Source: Nitrososphaerota archaeon (GTDB lineage Archaea > Iainarchaeota > Iainarchaeia > Iainarchaeales > GCA-2688035). Taken from it: DNA of 62,641 bases. How positions within the stretch are numbered: the stretch's first letter is position 1; the number at the start of each line of letters is the position of its first letter. Position numbers and translations under genes: made by a program. The stretch spans positions 1-62,641 of the forward strand of contig JAFCCH010000016.1 in the NCBI GenBank assembly GCA_017610265.1. Reading direction: 5' to 3'. Of the stretch, positions 35,723 to 44,200 are shown piece by piece. Under the pieces are notes generated by a model. The model had not been told where the DNA came from. It saw only the letters and a program-made list of their open reading frames with translations, and did not search any database.

Positions 35723-36780
35723 ATGATTGATGTAGCTGAAAATGTAAAGAAAGTGGCCAAGAAGGTCAGAAGGAAAAAGCAGGCAAAGGCCTGTGACACA
35801 AGCGTGCTTGGCTGGTTTCACAAAAACACATTGCACCACTCCCAGTTTGAGGACATTGACAGGCTAATTGATTTAAAAAAGCAGCAGGGCTTAAAGATTA
35901 GCATTGGAATTCCTACCTTGAACGAGGAAGAAAATGTTGCAAATGTTGTTACCACAATCAAGGACGAGCTTTATAAGAAAAAGCATTTGATTGACGAGAT
36001 TGCAATAATTGATTCAGGAAGCGAGGACAATACTGTAAAGGTTGCTGAAGAGGCAGGTGCAAAGGTCTTTGAAAGTGAAAGGCATTTGCGAGAATTCGGA
36101 GCCTTTTACGGCAAGGGAGAAAATCTTTGGAAAAGCCTTCATGTTCTTCGCGGCGACATTATCTGTTGGATTGATGCAGACATCAAAAACATTCATCCAA
36201 AATATGTTTACGGCCTTGTTGGTCCTCTTCTTGAGCAGAGAAAGCTTCAGTATGCAAGGGGATTTTACAGGCGTGCAATTACCTTTAAGGGAAAAGTTGT
36301 TTCTTACGGTGGAGGCAGGACAACCGAAATTTGTGTTCGTCCTTTTCTATCTCTGTCGGCTACGGTGTTGAGATCGGTCACTTGATTGATATTTCAAGGC
36401 AGTTTGGATTGAATTCAATGGCCCAGATTGATTTGGGAGAGGTTTCTCACGAGAACAAGGAAACAGCTGCTTTGGGCAGGCAGGCTTTTAGCATTTTGCA
36501 GGTTTTTGCCAAAAGGCTTGGCGAGGAACAGAAAGCCTCTTTAATGAAGGAATTTTGTTCTGTTTTTAGGTCTCCCGAAATTCGAGAGGAAGAAGGCAAG
36601 CCAAGGGAATATTTTTTGAATGAAAAAGAGGTTTTGGAGAGGGAAAGGCCTCCAATTAAAACAGTTGCAGATTATGCCCTTAAGAAGAGAATGGACAAAG
36701 ACTTTCTTTCAAAGGTAGCTGACTTTATAAGGGACTCTAAAAGAAGGCACAAGTTCCCTCAGGTGGAAACACAGAAATAA
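35723..36780 (+). pseudogene. glucosyl-3-phosphoglycerate synthase-like GT (GT81), internally deleted and frameshifted
   Basis: The N-terminal part (IGIPTLNEEENV..IDSGSEDNT..WIDADI..GGGRTTEICVRPFLSL) stops at 36385. The C-terminal part (GYGVEIGHLIDI..AQIDLGEVSHENKE) continues in another frame. The ~30 aa normally between RPLL and GYGVEIG are missing. Confidence 0.7.
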
Positions 36781-36849
36781 GGCCTTTTTTTGATGCAAAA
36801 AGGATAATAAGCGTTTTGGAGAAAAAAATTATTCTAAGAGAGATGTTTT

Positions 36850-38292
36850 ATGGCAGCAGAAAAGGAAAAACAGCAGGGTTTAACTGAAAAGAAGGAAGGC
36901 GACTTTTCAGAATGGTATAACCAGGTCATTCTAAAGGCACAGCTTGCAGACTATTCTCCTATTCGCGGTTTTATGGTAATTAGGCCAAACGCATATGCTC
37001 TCTGGGAAGAAATTCAAAACAATTTTAACAATGCGATTTTCAAGAAGGGCGTGAAGAATGCCTATTTTCCATTGCTTATTCCAAAAAGCTTTTTTGAAAA
37101 GGAAGCAGAGCATGCAGAGGGCTTTGAGCCGGAACTTGCCTGGATTGAAAGCGATGACAAGGATGTTGAGGAAAAGCTTGCAATTAGGCCAACCTCTGAG
37201 ACAATAATGTATGACAGTTATGCAAAGTGGATTCGAAGCTGGAGGGATTTGCCTTTAAGAATTAACCAATGGTGTAATGTCCTAAGATGGGAGGTTAAGC
37301 AAACAAAGCTTTTCCTAAGGACAAGAGAATTTCTTTGGCAGGAAGGACACTGTGTTTACGAAACAGAGGCTGAAGCAGAAAAGGAAGCCCTAATGTTTTT
37401 AGACGAGTACAGGAAATTGTCAGAGGAACTTCTTGCAATTCCTGTTGTTCTTGGCCAGAAAACAGATTCTGAGAAATTTGCAGGTGCAAAAAAAACTTTT
37501 ACAATTGAGGGCTTGATGCCTGACGGAAAGGCATTGCAGATGGGAACAAGCCACAACTTGGGTCAGGGTTTTGCAAAGGGCTTTGGCATTGAATTCCTTG
37601 ACAAAAACGGAAAGCAAGATTTTCCTTGGCAGAACAGTTGGGGATTTAGCACAAGGCTTATTGGTGCAGTTGTAATGGTTCACGGTGACAACAAAGGATT
37701 GGTTTTGCCGCCAAGGCTTGCGCGCAACAAGGCAGTAATTGTTCCAATTTTATTTGAAAAGGAAGCAAGCAAGGTTTTAAAGAAGGCAAACGAAATTTCC
37801 AAAAAGATTTCAGGCCTAAATCCTTTTGTTGACAGCCGTGACTCTTATTCGGCTGGATGGAAGTTTAATGAATGGGAACTTAAGGGGATTCCTTTGAGAA
37901 TTGAGGTTGGCCCAAAAGACATTGCAAAAAAGCAGGTTGTTGTTGTAAGGAGAGACACTGGCAAAAAAGAGTTTGTTAAAGAGGCAAAGCTTGTTTCAAG
38001 GGCAAAAGAAATTCTTGAAGAAATGCATTCTGATATGTTCAAGAAAGCGCAGAAGTTCCTGAAAGAAAATAGTGTTAAGGCTGACACCTGGCCTGACTTC
38101 AAAAAGGCTTTGGCTGAAAAAAAGCTTATTCTTTCTCCTTTTTGTGCGACAGAGGCCTGTGAGGAAGAAATTAAGGACGAGACAACTGCAACAAGCAGGT
38201 GCATTCCTTTCAAGCAGGACACCAAGAAAATGAAGTGTGTTAAGTGCGGAAAGGAAACAACAATTAAAGCATGGTTTGGCAAAAGCTATTAG
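36850..38292 (+). CDS. proS: prolyl-tRNA synthetase (archaeal/eukaryotic type)
   Basis: 480 aa with FSEWY, RPTSET, FLRTREFLWQEGH and a C-terminal Zn-binding tail (C..C..CVKCG) ending ..FGKSY. Confidence 0.95.
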   Translation: MAAEKEKQQGLTEKKEGDFSEWYNQVILKAQLADYSPIRGFMVIRPNAYALWEEIQNNFNNAIFKKGVKNAYFPLLIPKSFFEKEAEHAEGFEPELAWIESDDKDVEEKLAIRPTSETIMYDSYAKWIRSWRDLPLRINQWCNVLRWEVKQTKLFLRTREFLWQEGHCVYETEAEAEKEALMFLDEYRKLSEELLAIPVVLGQKTDSEKFAGAKKTFTIEGLMPDGKALQMGTSHNLGQGFAKGFGIEFLDKNGKQDFPWQNSWGFSTRLIGAVVMVHGDNKGLVLPPRLARNKAVIVPILFEKEASKVLKKANEISKKISGLNPFVDSRDSYSAGWKFNEWELKGIPLRIEVGPKDIAKKQVVVVRRDTGKKEFVKEAKLVSRAKEILEEMHSDMFKKAQKFLKENSVKADTWPDFKKALAEKKLILSPFCATEACEEEIKDETTATSRCIPFKQDTKKMKCVKCGKETTIKAWFGKSY

Positions 38293-38759
38293 CCAACATA
38301 TTTCAAATCTTCTTCATCACCTGGCACAAGGTCCAGTTCCATTTCTTCAACCACTGCGCTGTCAAGTTCCCTGTGGTACATTCCAATAAATTCAAAGCCT
38401 GCTTCCTTATAGAGCTTTTTTGCGGCCTTGTTTGATTCCTTTACAAGCAGTAGGACACGTGCAATCTTTTTATTTTTTAGGAAGGCGAGGGCATATTCCA
38501 AAAGCTTTTTTGCAACCCCTGTTTTCCTGAATTCCTCTTTTACTGTTACACCATTAATTCTTGCAAGTCCTTCTTCGAACAACTCAAGTTCAATAAATCC
38601 AAGAAGTTTTTTCTTTTCAACCGCCTTGAACAAAAAAATCTTGTTGCCTTCAATTCTTTCCCTGATTTTTGCCTCGTCAAATGAAACATAGGGAAACTCG
38701 CCTTTGATTAATTGCAGCACTTCCAAAATGTCTTTTTCTTCAATGTCAACTATTTTCAT
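38289..38759 (-). CDS. GNAT family N-acetyltransferase
   Basis: ..VKEEFRKTGVAKKLL.. is a Q/RxxGxA-like motif. About 155 aa. Confidence 0.8.
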   Translation of the reverse strand: MKIVDIEEKDILEVLQLIKGEFPYVSFDEAKIRERIEGNKIFLFKAVEKKKLLGFIELELFEEGLARINGVTVKEEFRKTGVAKKLLEYALAFLKNKKIARVLLLVKESNKAAKKLYKEAGFEFIGMYHRELDSAVVEEMELDLVPGDEEDLKYVG

Positions 38760-39449
38760 TTATTCACCGTGTTTTTTTATTCTTTCTCCGTGGAGGAAAA
38801 TGCTTATTTCCCTGCTGGAAACCGCACAGCCTGAATACTTTGCGGCAAACAATGCCGCTTCCAGAGACTGTGGCCCTGGAGGCAGTTCTTCCTGAAGCAA
38901 TCCATATTCGTTTGCAAGGGCAACCAGTTCAACACTTCGCACAATGGACAAACCGTTAAACATTACTCCAAGCAAATCAACATTTCTTTTGTCAAGCCTT
39001 ATTTTTATTCTTTTTCTGGACTGAAGCACTTTCTGCAACGGCCTTGGATTTTCAATAAGCATTCTTGTTGTTCTTTCGTCAATTGCAATAGCCTCTGCTC
39101 CAACCTCTTTGATTATTGCAAGGGCTTCAATTTCACCCCTTTGCAACAGCTTTATTGGCTTGTCTTTTACAAAAAAGCAATTGTTGGCAATCTCTGCAAT
39201 CTCATCAAACAGCTTTTTGTCCTCAACTGAAACAATTTTGAATGCGCCGTCGCTAATTGCCTTCTTTATCCTTACAGCATTCAATTCAAATCTTTTGATA
39301 AAAATCGGCCTTTCAACTGCCTCGTAGTAAACAGATTTTGGAATTATGAATTCGGCGTCCATTTTTCTTTGAAGGCTCCCAAGAATGTTTATCAGGCAGG
39401 TTTGGCTTATTGAAATTAAAGTGGATGCGTCAAAGACAACCTTCATCAT
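38760..39449 (-). CDS. PIN-like domain protein with C-terminal extension
   Basis: VVFDASTLI, GEIEALAI and AIDERTTR match the acidic PIN positions. Abuts the GNAT gene. Confidence 0.5.
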   Translation of the reverse strand: MMKVVFDASTLISISQTCLINILGSLQRKMDAEFIIPKSVYYEAVERPIFIKRFELNAVRIKKAISDGAFKIVSVEDKKLFDEIAEIANNCFFVKDKPIKLLQRGEIEALAIIKEVGAEAIAIDERTTRMLIENPRPLQKVLQSRKRIKIRLDKRNVDLLGVMFNGLSIVRSVELVALANEYGLLQEELPPGPQSLEAALFAAKYSGCAVSSREISIFLHGERIKKHGE

Positions 39450-39997
39450 TCTTCACCTATTTTTCTTTTAAATCGCCTTAATCTTTCGCCAATTCCAACA
39501 GTTGGCCTGTCTCTGTCAGCAATTCTTGTAATTCCAATATACCTTAAGAGCTCTTTCTTTTCTAAGGCTGCTGCCTGTCCCAGTCCAAGGCCCATGCTGT
39601 AGGCTGTACTTGCATACTTTACTTTTGCCTTTTCAAAAACGTTTTGAGCGTAATTTCCAATCTTTTCGTCAGTTGTTCTTATTGAGTCAATTGCCGCGTT
39701 AAGATTTTTATCAAAGTCTTCAAAGTCTTTTGCTGCAATGCTTTTCTCTGCCTTTCTTAAGTCAAACAGAATGTCGTGCTTTATTTCTTTCCATCTGCCG
39801 TGCCTTACAATGTGTTCTTTGCTGCTTATTTTGTGAAGGCAGTATGCCATCATGGCAAGCTTTGCAAGTTGCTTGTCGCTTGCAAGGGCGGCTTCTTCAA
39901 TAGCATTGTTTGCCGTTTCCCTTAATGCAAAAATGTCTGCTTTTGAAAAACCTGCAATGGCCTTTTTTAGAAAAGAAAGCAATGTCTTGTGTTCCAA
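39446..39997 (-). CDS. hypothetical helical protein
   Basis: 183 aa. 4-nt overlap with the PIN-like gene. Confidence 0.45.
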   Translation of the reverse strand: MEHKTLLSFLKKAIAGFSKADIFALRETANNAIEEAALASDKQLAKLAMMAYCLHKISSKEHIVRHGRWKEIKHDILFDLRKAEKSIAAKDFEDFDKNLNAAIDSIRTTDEKIGNYAQNVFEKAKVKYASTAYSMGLGLGQAAALEKKELLRYIGITRIADRDRPTVGIGERLRRFKRKIGEE

Positions 39998-40057
39998 GTA
40001 ATCCCCTTGAAAGAAAAGGAAAACCCCATATTTAAGGGTTTGCTCCCTGTTTTTGCC

Positions 40058-40426
40058 TTACTGCTGCTGCGTTTGGGCTTCTGCCTGGGCATGTTCTTTC
40101 ATTTCTTCCATTGCCTGGTTCAGCGGCCTGTTTTTCATAAAATTGTTCCACCTGGCTGGTTCAACACTGGTTGACTGCCTTAATTTAGCCATTTCCCTCA
40201 AATCCTGAATCATTCTATTGCCAATGTTCATTGGCCTAACCCCTTGTTTTGCAAGGAAATTAAAGTGTTCCCTCAATCTTTCTGCAGGAATGTTCATTTG
40301 GGTTGCCAAAGTTCCTATTTCCCTTTTGTAGGCTTTTGTAATCCAATAAGCGGCTCTTCCCCTCATTGCCTTTGAAAGCTTTCGCCTAACCTTTGAGCTA
40401 ATTTTTCCCCAGGTGTGAATTGCCAT
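40058..40426 (-). CDS. hypothetical protein
   Basis: 122-aa ORF. No motif recognised. Confidence 0.45.
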   Translation of the reverse strand: MAIHTWGKISSKVRRKLSKAMRGRAAYWITKAYKREIGTLATQMNIPAERLREHFNFLAKQGVRPMNIGNRMIQDLREMAKLRQSTSVEPARWNNFMKNRPLNQAMEEMKEHAQAEAQTQQQ

Positions 40427-40558
40427 ATTAATTACCCTCTTTCCCTGCTTATTAACTTTTTCCTCGCTGCCCTCTGCTTTTTCTTTCAGGAATATTCAAT
40501 AATCTGCTTCAAAAGCCCACCAAAACCTTAATATATTCTGTTTGTTTTTATTATTCAA

Positions 40559-41278
40559 ATGGCAAAAAAACTTCTTGCACTTATGGCAATCCTGCTTTTT
40601 TGCAGCCAGGCTTTTGCAATAAGCGCTCAGGATGCTGTAAATTTTACAACAAAACAAAACAATTTCCTTTACTCAGGAGAGGAAGTGGAGATTTTTCCAA
40701 ATACGCGCATTAAGGACAGCAGAAAAGATTACTGGGTTGTAACTGTTTTAAGCGGTCAAAGCCTTTCGGGTTTTATTCCTGTAAGAGACTCTTCAACTCC
40801 GGAACTGCCTAATTCAACCATTACAAGAAGGGAATTAATTAAGACTGCTTATGTTCTCCGTTACCAAATTGAATTAAACAAAAGTAGCAGCCAGCAGGGC
40901 TTGTGGCTTTTTGACGCACAAAATGTAAAGTTTTTCTCAGATTTAGGTCAGGATTTGAAGAACGAAAGAATTGACCTTACAACAATTTGGACAAGTTTGG
41001 AAGGTTTTTCGCAGCTGCAAAACCAGGTTGATTCTTTGAACGACCAGCTTGATGACATGTATCCTCTTTCAGAAGACATAAGCAAGGGCCTGCTTGACGC
41101 AACCTCTACAGAAACCAAGTTTTTGGCAGAGCCTGACACAAACGGCTTGAAGGAATTTAGGAATGCCTTTGTTGACAACTTTGATTTGATTAAAAATCTT
41201 GAAAGTGAAAGGTCGGCATATCTTGCAGAGCTTGACGCCTTAAGGCAAGCAATTGCATTAACAGACCCTTGCCCTTGA
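40559..41278 (+). CDS. secreted coiled-coil protein, N-terminal part (frame broken)
   Basis: Signal peptide MAKKLLALMAILLFCSQAFA. The frame ends in ..ALTDPCP-TGA inside a stretch that stays open in the +1 frame. Confidence 0.6.
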   Translation: MAKKLLALMAILLFCSQAFAISAQDAVNFTTKQNNFLYSGEEVEIFPNTRIKDSRKDYWVVTVLSGQSLSGFIPVRDSSTPELPNSTITRRELIKTAYVLRYQIELNKSSSQQGLWLFDAQNVKFFSDLGQDLKNERIDLTTIWTSLEGFSQLQNQVDSLNDQLDDMYPLSEDISKGLLDATSTETKFLAEPDTNGLKEFRNAFVDNFDLIKNLESERSAYLAELDALRQAIALTDPCP

Positions 41279-41339
41279 CCTTGAGGAAAAGCTTGTTGCA
41301 ATTTTTGATTCAGCCCAGGCAAATGTTGACAGCCTTACC

Positions 41340-41786
41340 TTGGACCTTGTAACAAGAGAGGAAAGGAACGACGCTTTCCAGGCAATGTATGGAAACGATT
41401 CAGAAATTTATGAGGAAACAGGCCAGAATACTTTGAGCCAGCTTTTTGATATTCTTTTGGCAGACGAGTTTTTCTATGAGTGGGAGAACCAAAGCGATTT
41501 GCTTGGTGCAAAAGAGGAGTGGGAGAAGGCTGTTTCTTTTTTTCAATCAGGCTCTTTTGATCTGGCCAAAACCCAGGCGGTAAAGGCAAAGAGAGATGCC
41601 CTGAAAACTTATGAGGGTGGCTTAATGGAACAAAATCCTATTGTGGACACAGACCTGCTTTTTACCGGTGTTGTTTTATTAATAGTTGCAATAATACTTA
41701 TTTATGCAATAAGAAACAGGGACAGGCTCTCAAGCCTGATTTCTGGAAGTGGGGAAGAATTAGAGGGTGATGATTTTGGGCCGTAA
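41340..41786 (+). CDS. C-terminal continuation of the secreted protein, with TM anchor
   Basis: The +1 frame is open from 41262. The helical sequence continues and ends with the TM segment LLFTGVVLLIVAIILIYAI. Confidence 0.55.
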   Translation: MDLVTREERNDAFQAMYGNDSEIYEETGQNTLSQLFDILLADEFFYEWENQSDLLGAKEEWEKAVSFFQSGSFDLAKTQAVKAKRDALKTYEGGLMEQNPIVDTDLLFTGVVLLIVAIILIYAIRNRDRLSSLISGSGEELEGDDFGP

Positions 41787-42648
41787 AGCAGTGTTTCTAT
41801 TATTTTTGCTTTTGCTTTCTTCTGTTGTAAATGCAGAATTGCTTGCAACAGTTTCTCCAAAAGACCCAAATGTTTCTGTAATGTCTTTGTATCTTGACGA
41901 ATCCGCTGATTTTGAAGTTACTGTTTTGAACGATGGCCCAGACCTTGTTGAGGGTGTAATGGTAAAAATGAGCGTTTCAGACGGCTTGAAGATTATTGAC
42001 GGCGGGGTTGAAAAGACAACAGTTTCACATGAAATAGATTCAATTAACTCAACTGAAAAGGAAATACTTCTTGTAAAAGTTAAGCCAACTGAACTTTCTT
42101 CCAACAAGTTGTTTCTCTATGTTGACTATGGTGAACACGATTACACTCATTTAAGCGCAACTTTTCTAAATGTTTCCGAAAGCCCTTTGCTTATTGAAAC
42201 AAATCTTTCAAAGACCGCTTTGGACATGGGGGAAGAGGCGTTTGTAGCACTTTCCTTGAAGAACACAAGTTCCGAGCCCATAACTGATATTACGGCTGAA
42301 CTAATTGTTTTTTCAGGCCTTGAATCCATGAACGGAGACATTTATCTTGCATCCCTTGCACCAGGCGAGGGCTATGAAGCGAAAGAGTTTGTGTTTAGGG
42401 CTGATCCAGAGGTTACTGGTGAAAAGCCTGTTGTTCTGCAGATTAGTTTTGAGGATAAGGCAGGAAAGCACGTTGTTGAAAAAAACTTTGCTGTTGAAAT
42501 CCAGAGCAAGCAAACAATTATCTATTTAATTGTTGCAGTAATTGTTTTGCTAATTATTGTGGCATTCCTTTCAAGAAGAGGGGAATCAAAGCCGATTAAA
42601 ACTCTTGAAAAGCCGATTGTAAAAGAACTTGAAGGAAAGAGCCTTTAA
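41767..42648 (+). CDS. exported protein with C-terminal TM anchor (CARDB/DUF11-like beta repeats)
   Basis: Signal peptide AVFLLFLLLLSSVVNA and C-terminal TM IIYLIVAVIVLLIIVAFL. Confidence 0.6.
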   Translation: MMILGRKAVFLLFLLLLSSVVNAELLATVSPKDPNVSVMSLYLDESADFEVTVLNDGPDLVEGVMVKMSVSDGLKIIDGGVEKTTVSHEIDSINSTEKEILLVKVKPTELSSNKLFLYVDYGEHDYTHLSATFLNVSESPLLIETNLSKTALDMGEEAFVALSLKNTSSEPITDITAELIVFSGLESMNGDIYLASLAPGEGYEAKEFVFRADPEVTGEKPVVLQISFEDKAGKHVVEKNFAVEIQSKQTIIYLIVAVIVLLIIVAFLSRRGESKPIKTLEKPIVKELEGKSL

Positions 42649-42651
42649 TTC

Positions 42652-43545
42652 TTAGGCAAAGACTTCTACAATATCCTTGTTCTTTAAATTGTAGTCTTTT
42701 GCAACCCTTTGCCCGTCAAATTTGGACGAGCCCCAGACTTTTGCATACTTTAGCTTTTTTGCAAAGTCTTTGTGAAGATGCTCTGCAAAATCTTTTACTG
42801 TTGCATCCTTGTGCAAAGCAAACGGAAGTTCAACATCTGCTTTGACCCCTGGCTTTTTTGTAAATACAACAATCTTGTCAAGCAAAAGAAAAATCTTTTC
42901 CTTTAATTCAGGAATATCATGTTCTTCAAACGCATTTATGGCAATTGCCTTTTTCATAATGCAACCTGGCTTTTCCTTGTTTAGGGAAATGCCGTTTAAC
43001 TCAAGCTCTTTTAAAACAATTGCTCCTTCCTCTTTGTTTTTGGCAATAATGATTATGGCATCCGAGTTTCTTGCAATTGAAAGAACCTGGGGCCCGTCTG
43101 CCTTTCCTGCATTGCTTCCTTCAACAATGGCTGGCAGTTCAACAAGCTGTATCTTTGCTCCAAAATAGTCCATCATTCCGACAACAGGTGTTTTTGTTGT
43201 AAAAGGATATACTGCAACGGCGGTGTCGCTGTCAGTAATCTTGTTCAAAAAAGTGCTTTTTCCGGAATTTGGCATTCCAAGCAGGGTAATCTGACCAATG
43301 CCGTCTTTTCTTACAGCAATGCTTGTTCCGCCTCCCCGTTTTTTATCCTGCTTTTTCTTTTTCTCCATGCTTTTTTTGAGAAGCGAGATTTTCTTGCTAA
43401 TGTCTTTTCTAAGGTTTTCTCCTCCTTTGTGGGAAGGAGCAGTGCTCTGCACTTTTAGCAATGCGGCTAGCTTTGCCTCGTCGGACGTGGCCTGATTGTA
43501 TTCTTCCAAGGCATTTTCATATTCGTACGAAACATTTGATGGCAT
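42652..43545 (-). CDS. divergent Drg/Obg-type GTPase with C-terminal TGS domain
   Basis: G1 GMPNSGKST, FTTKTPVVG and a degenerate G3/G4. TGS-like tail ..VWGSSKFDGQRV..DIVEVFA. Confidence 0.75.
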   Translation of the reverse strand: MPSNVSYEYENALEEYNQATSDEAKLAALLKVQSTAPSHKGGENLRKDISKKISLLKKSMEKKKKQDKKRGGGTSIAVRKDGIGQITLLGMPNSGKSTFLNKITDSDTAVAVYPFTTKTPVVGMMDYFGAKIQLVELPAIVEGSNAGKADGPQVLSIARNSDAIIIIAKNKEEGAIVLKELELNGISLNKEKPGCIMKKAIAINAFEEHDIPELKEKIFLLLDKIVVFTKKPGVKADVELPFALHKDATVKDFAEHLHKDFAKKLKYAKVWGSSKFDGQRVAKDYNLKNKDIVEVFA

Positions 43546-43579
43546 ACAACATACCTTTAGTGCTTTAATTAATTAAAAG

Positions 43580-44173
43580 CTATTTGAGGCCCTTTTTCCA
43601 GGTTTTAAAGACAACAAGCTCTTCAAAGAAGATTCTTTTCCTTGCCTTTTCCTCTATTTCAAATTTTTTTTCCTCTAATTTTTGAATTGTTTCCTCTTCC
43701 CCGTTCAAGCTGCTTTGCAGAAAAAAGCATTTTCCTCCCTTTTCCAAATGCTTTTCAAATCCTTCTAGGAAAAGGTCAAGCACTTCCCTTCCTCCTTTCC
43801 CCCCGTCAAGGTCCTCAAACTTTTTTTCTTCACTTGGAACATAGGGTGGGTTAAAAATTATCAAATCAAATTTTTCTCCCTTTGCTGCTTCAAACAAGTT
43901 GCCTTGCCTGAATTCAAATCCTTTCAATCCAAGGCTTTTAGCATTCTCTTCTGCATTCTTCAATGCTTCCTTGTTTAAGTCTGTGCAAACTATTGTTTTT
44001 GCCCCAAGAAGGGCTGCATTAATGCCTTGAATGCCTGAGCCCGTGCCCATATCGAGTACACTGCAGCCTTTTTCTGCTTCAATGGCTTCGGCCAAGAGAA
44101 AGCTGTCCTCGCTGGGAGGGTAAACGCTTTCAAGAACCAATAATTTGTTGCCTTTCAAAAAAAAGAAATTCAT
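43580..44173 (-). CDS. HemK/Mtq2-like N5-glutamine (NPPY) methyltransferase
   Basis: LDMGTGSGI SAM motif and IIFNPPYV. Confidence 0.8.
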   Translation of the reverse strand: MNFFFLKGNKLLVLESVYPPSEDSFLLAEAIEAEKGCSVLDMGTGSGIQGINAALLGAKTIVCTDLNKEALKNAEENAKSLGLKGFEFRQGNLFEAAKGEKFDLIIFNPPYVPSEEKKFEDLDGGKGGREVLDLFLEGFEKHLEKGGKCFFLQSSLNGEEETIQKLEEKKFEIEEKARKRIFFEELVVFKTWKKGLK

Positions 44174-44200
44174 CGCAAAAAGCCTCTTGCTTAAACAAAA

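Noticed and set aside
35480-35839. A 119-aa minus-strand ORF.
   Set aside because: It overlaps tRNA-Pro(GGG) and is generated by translating the 11-bp tandem array (..LFRNLFAIF.. periodicity).
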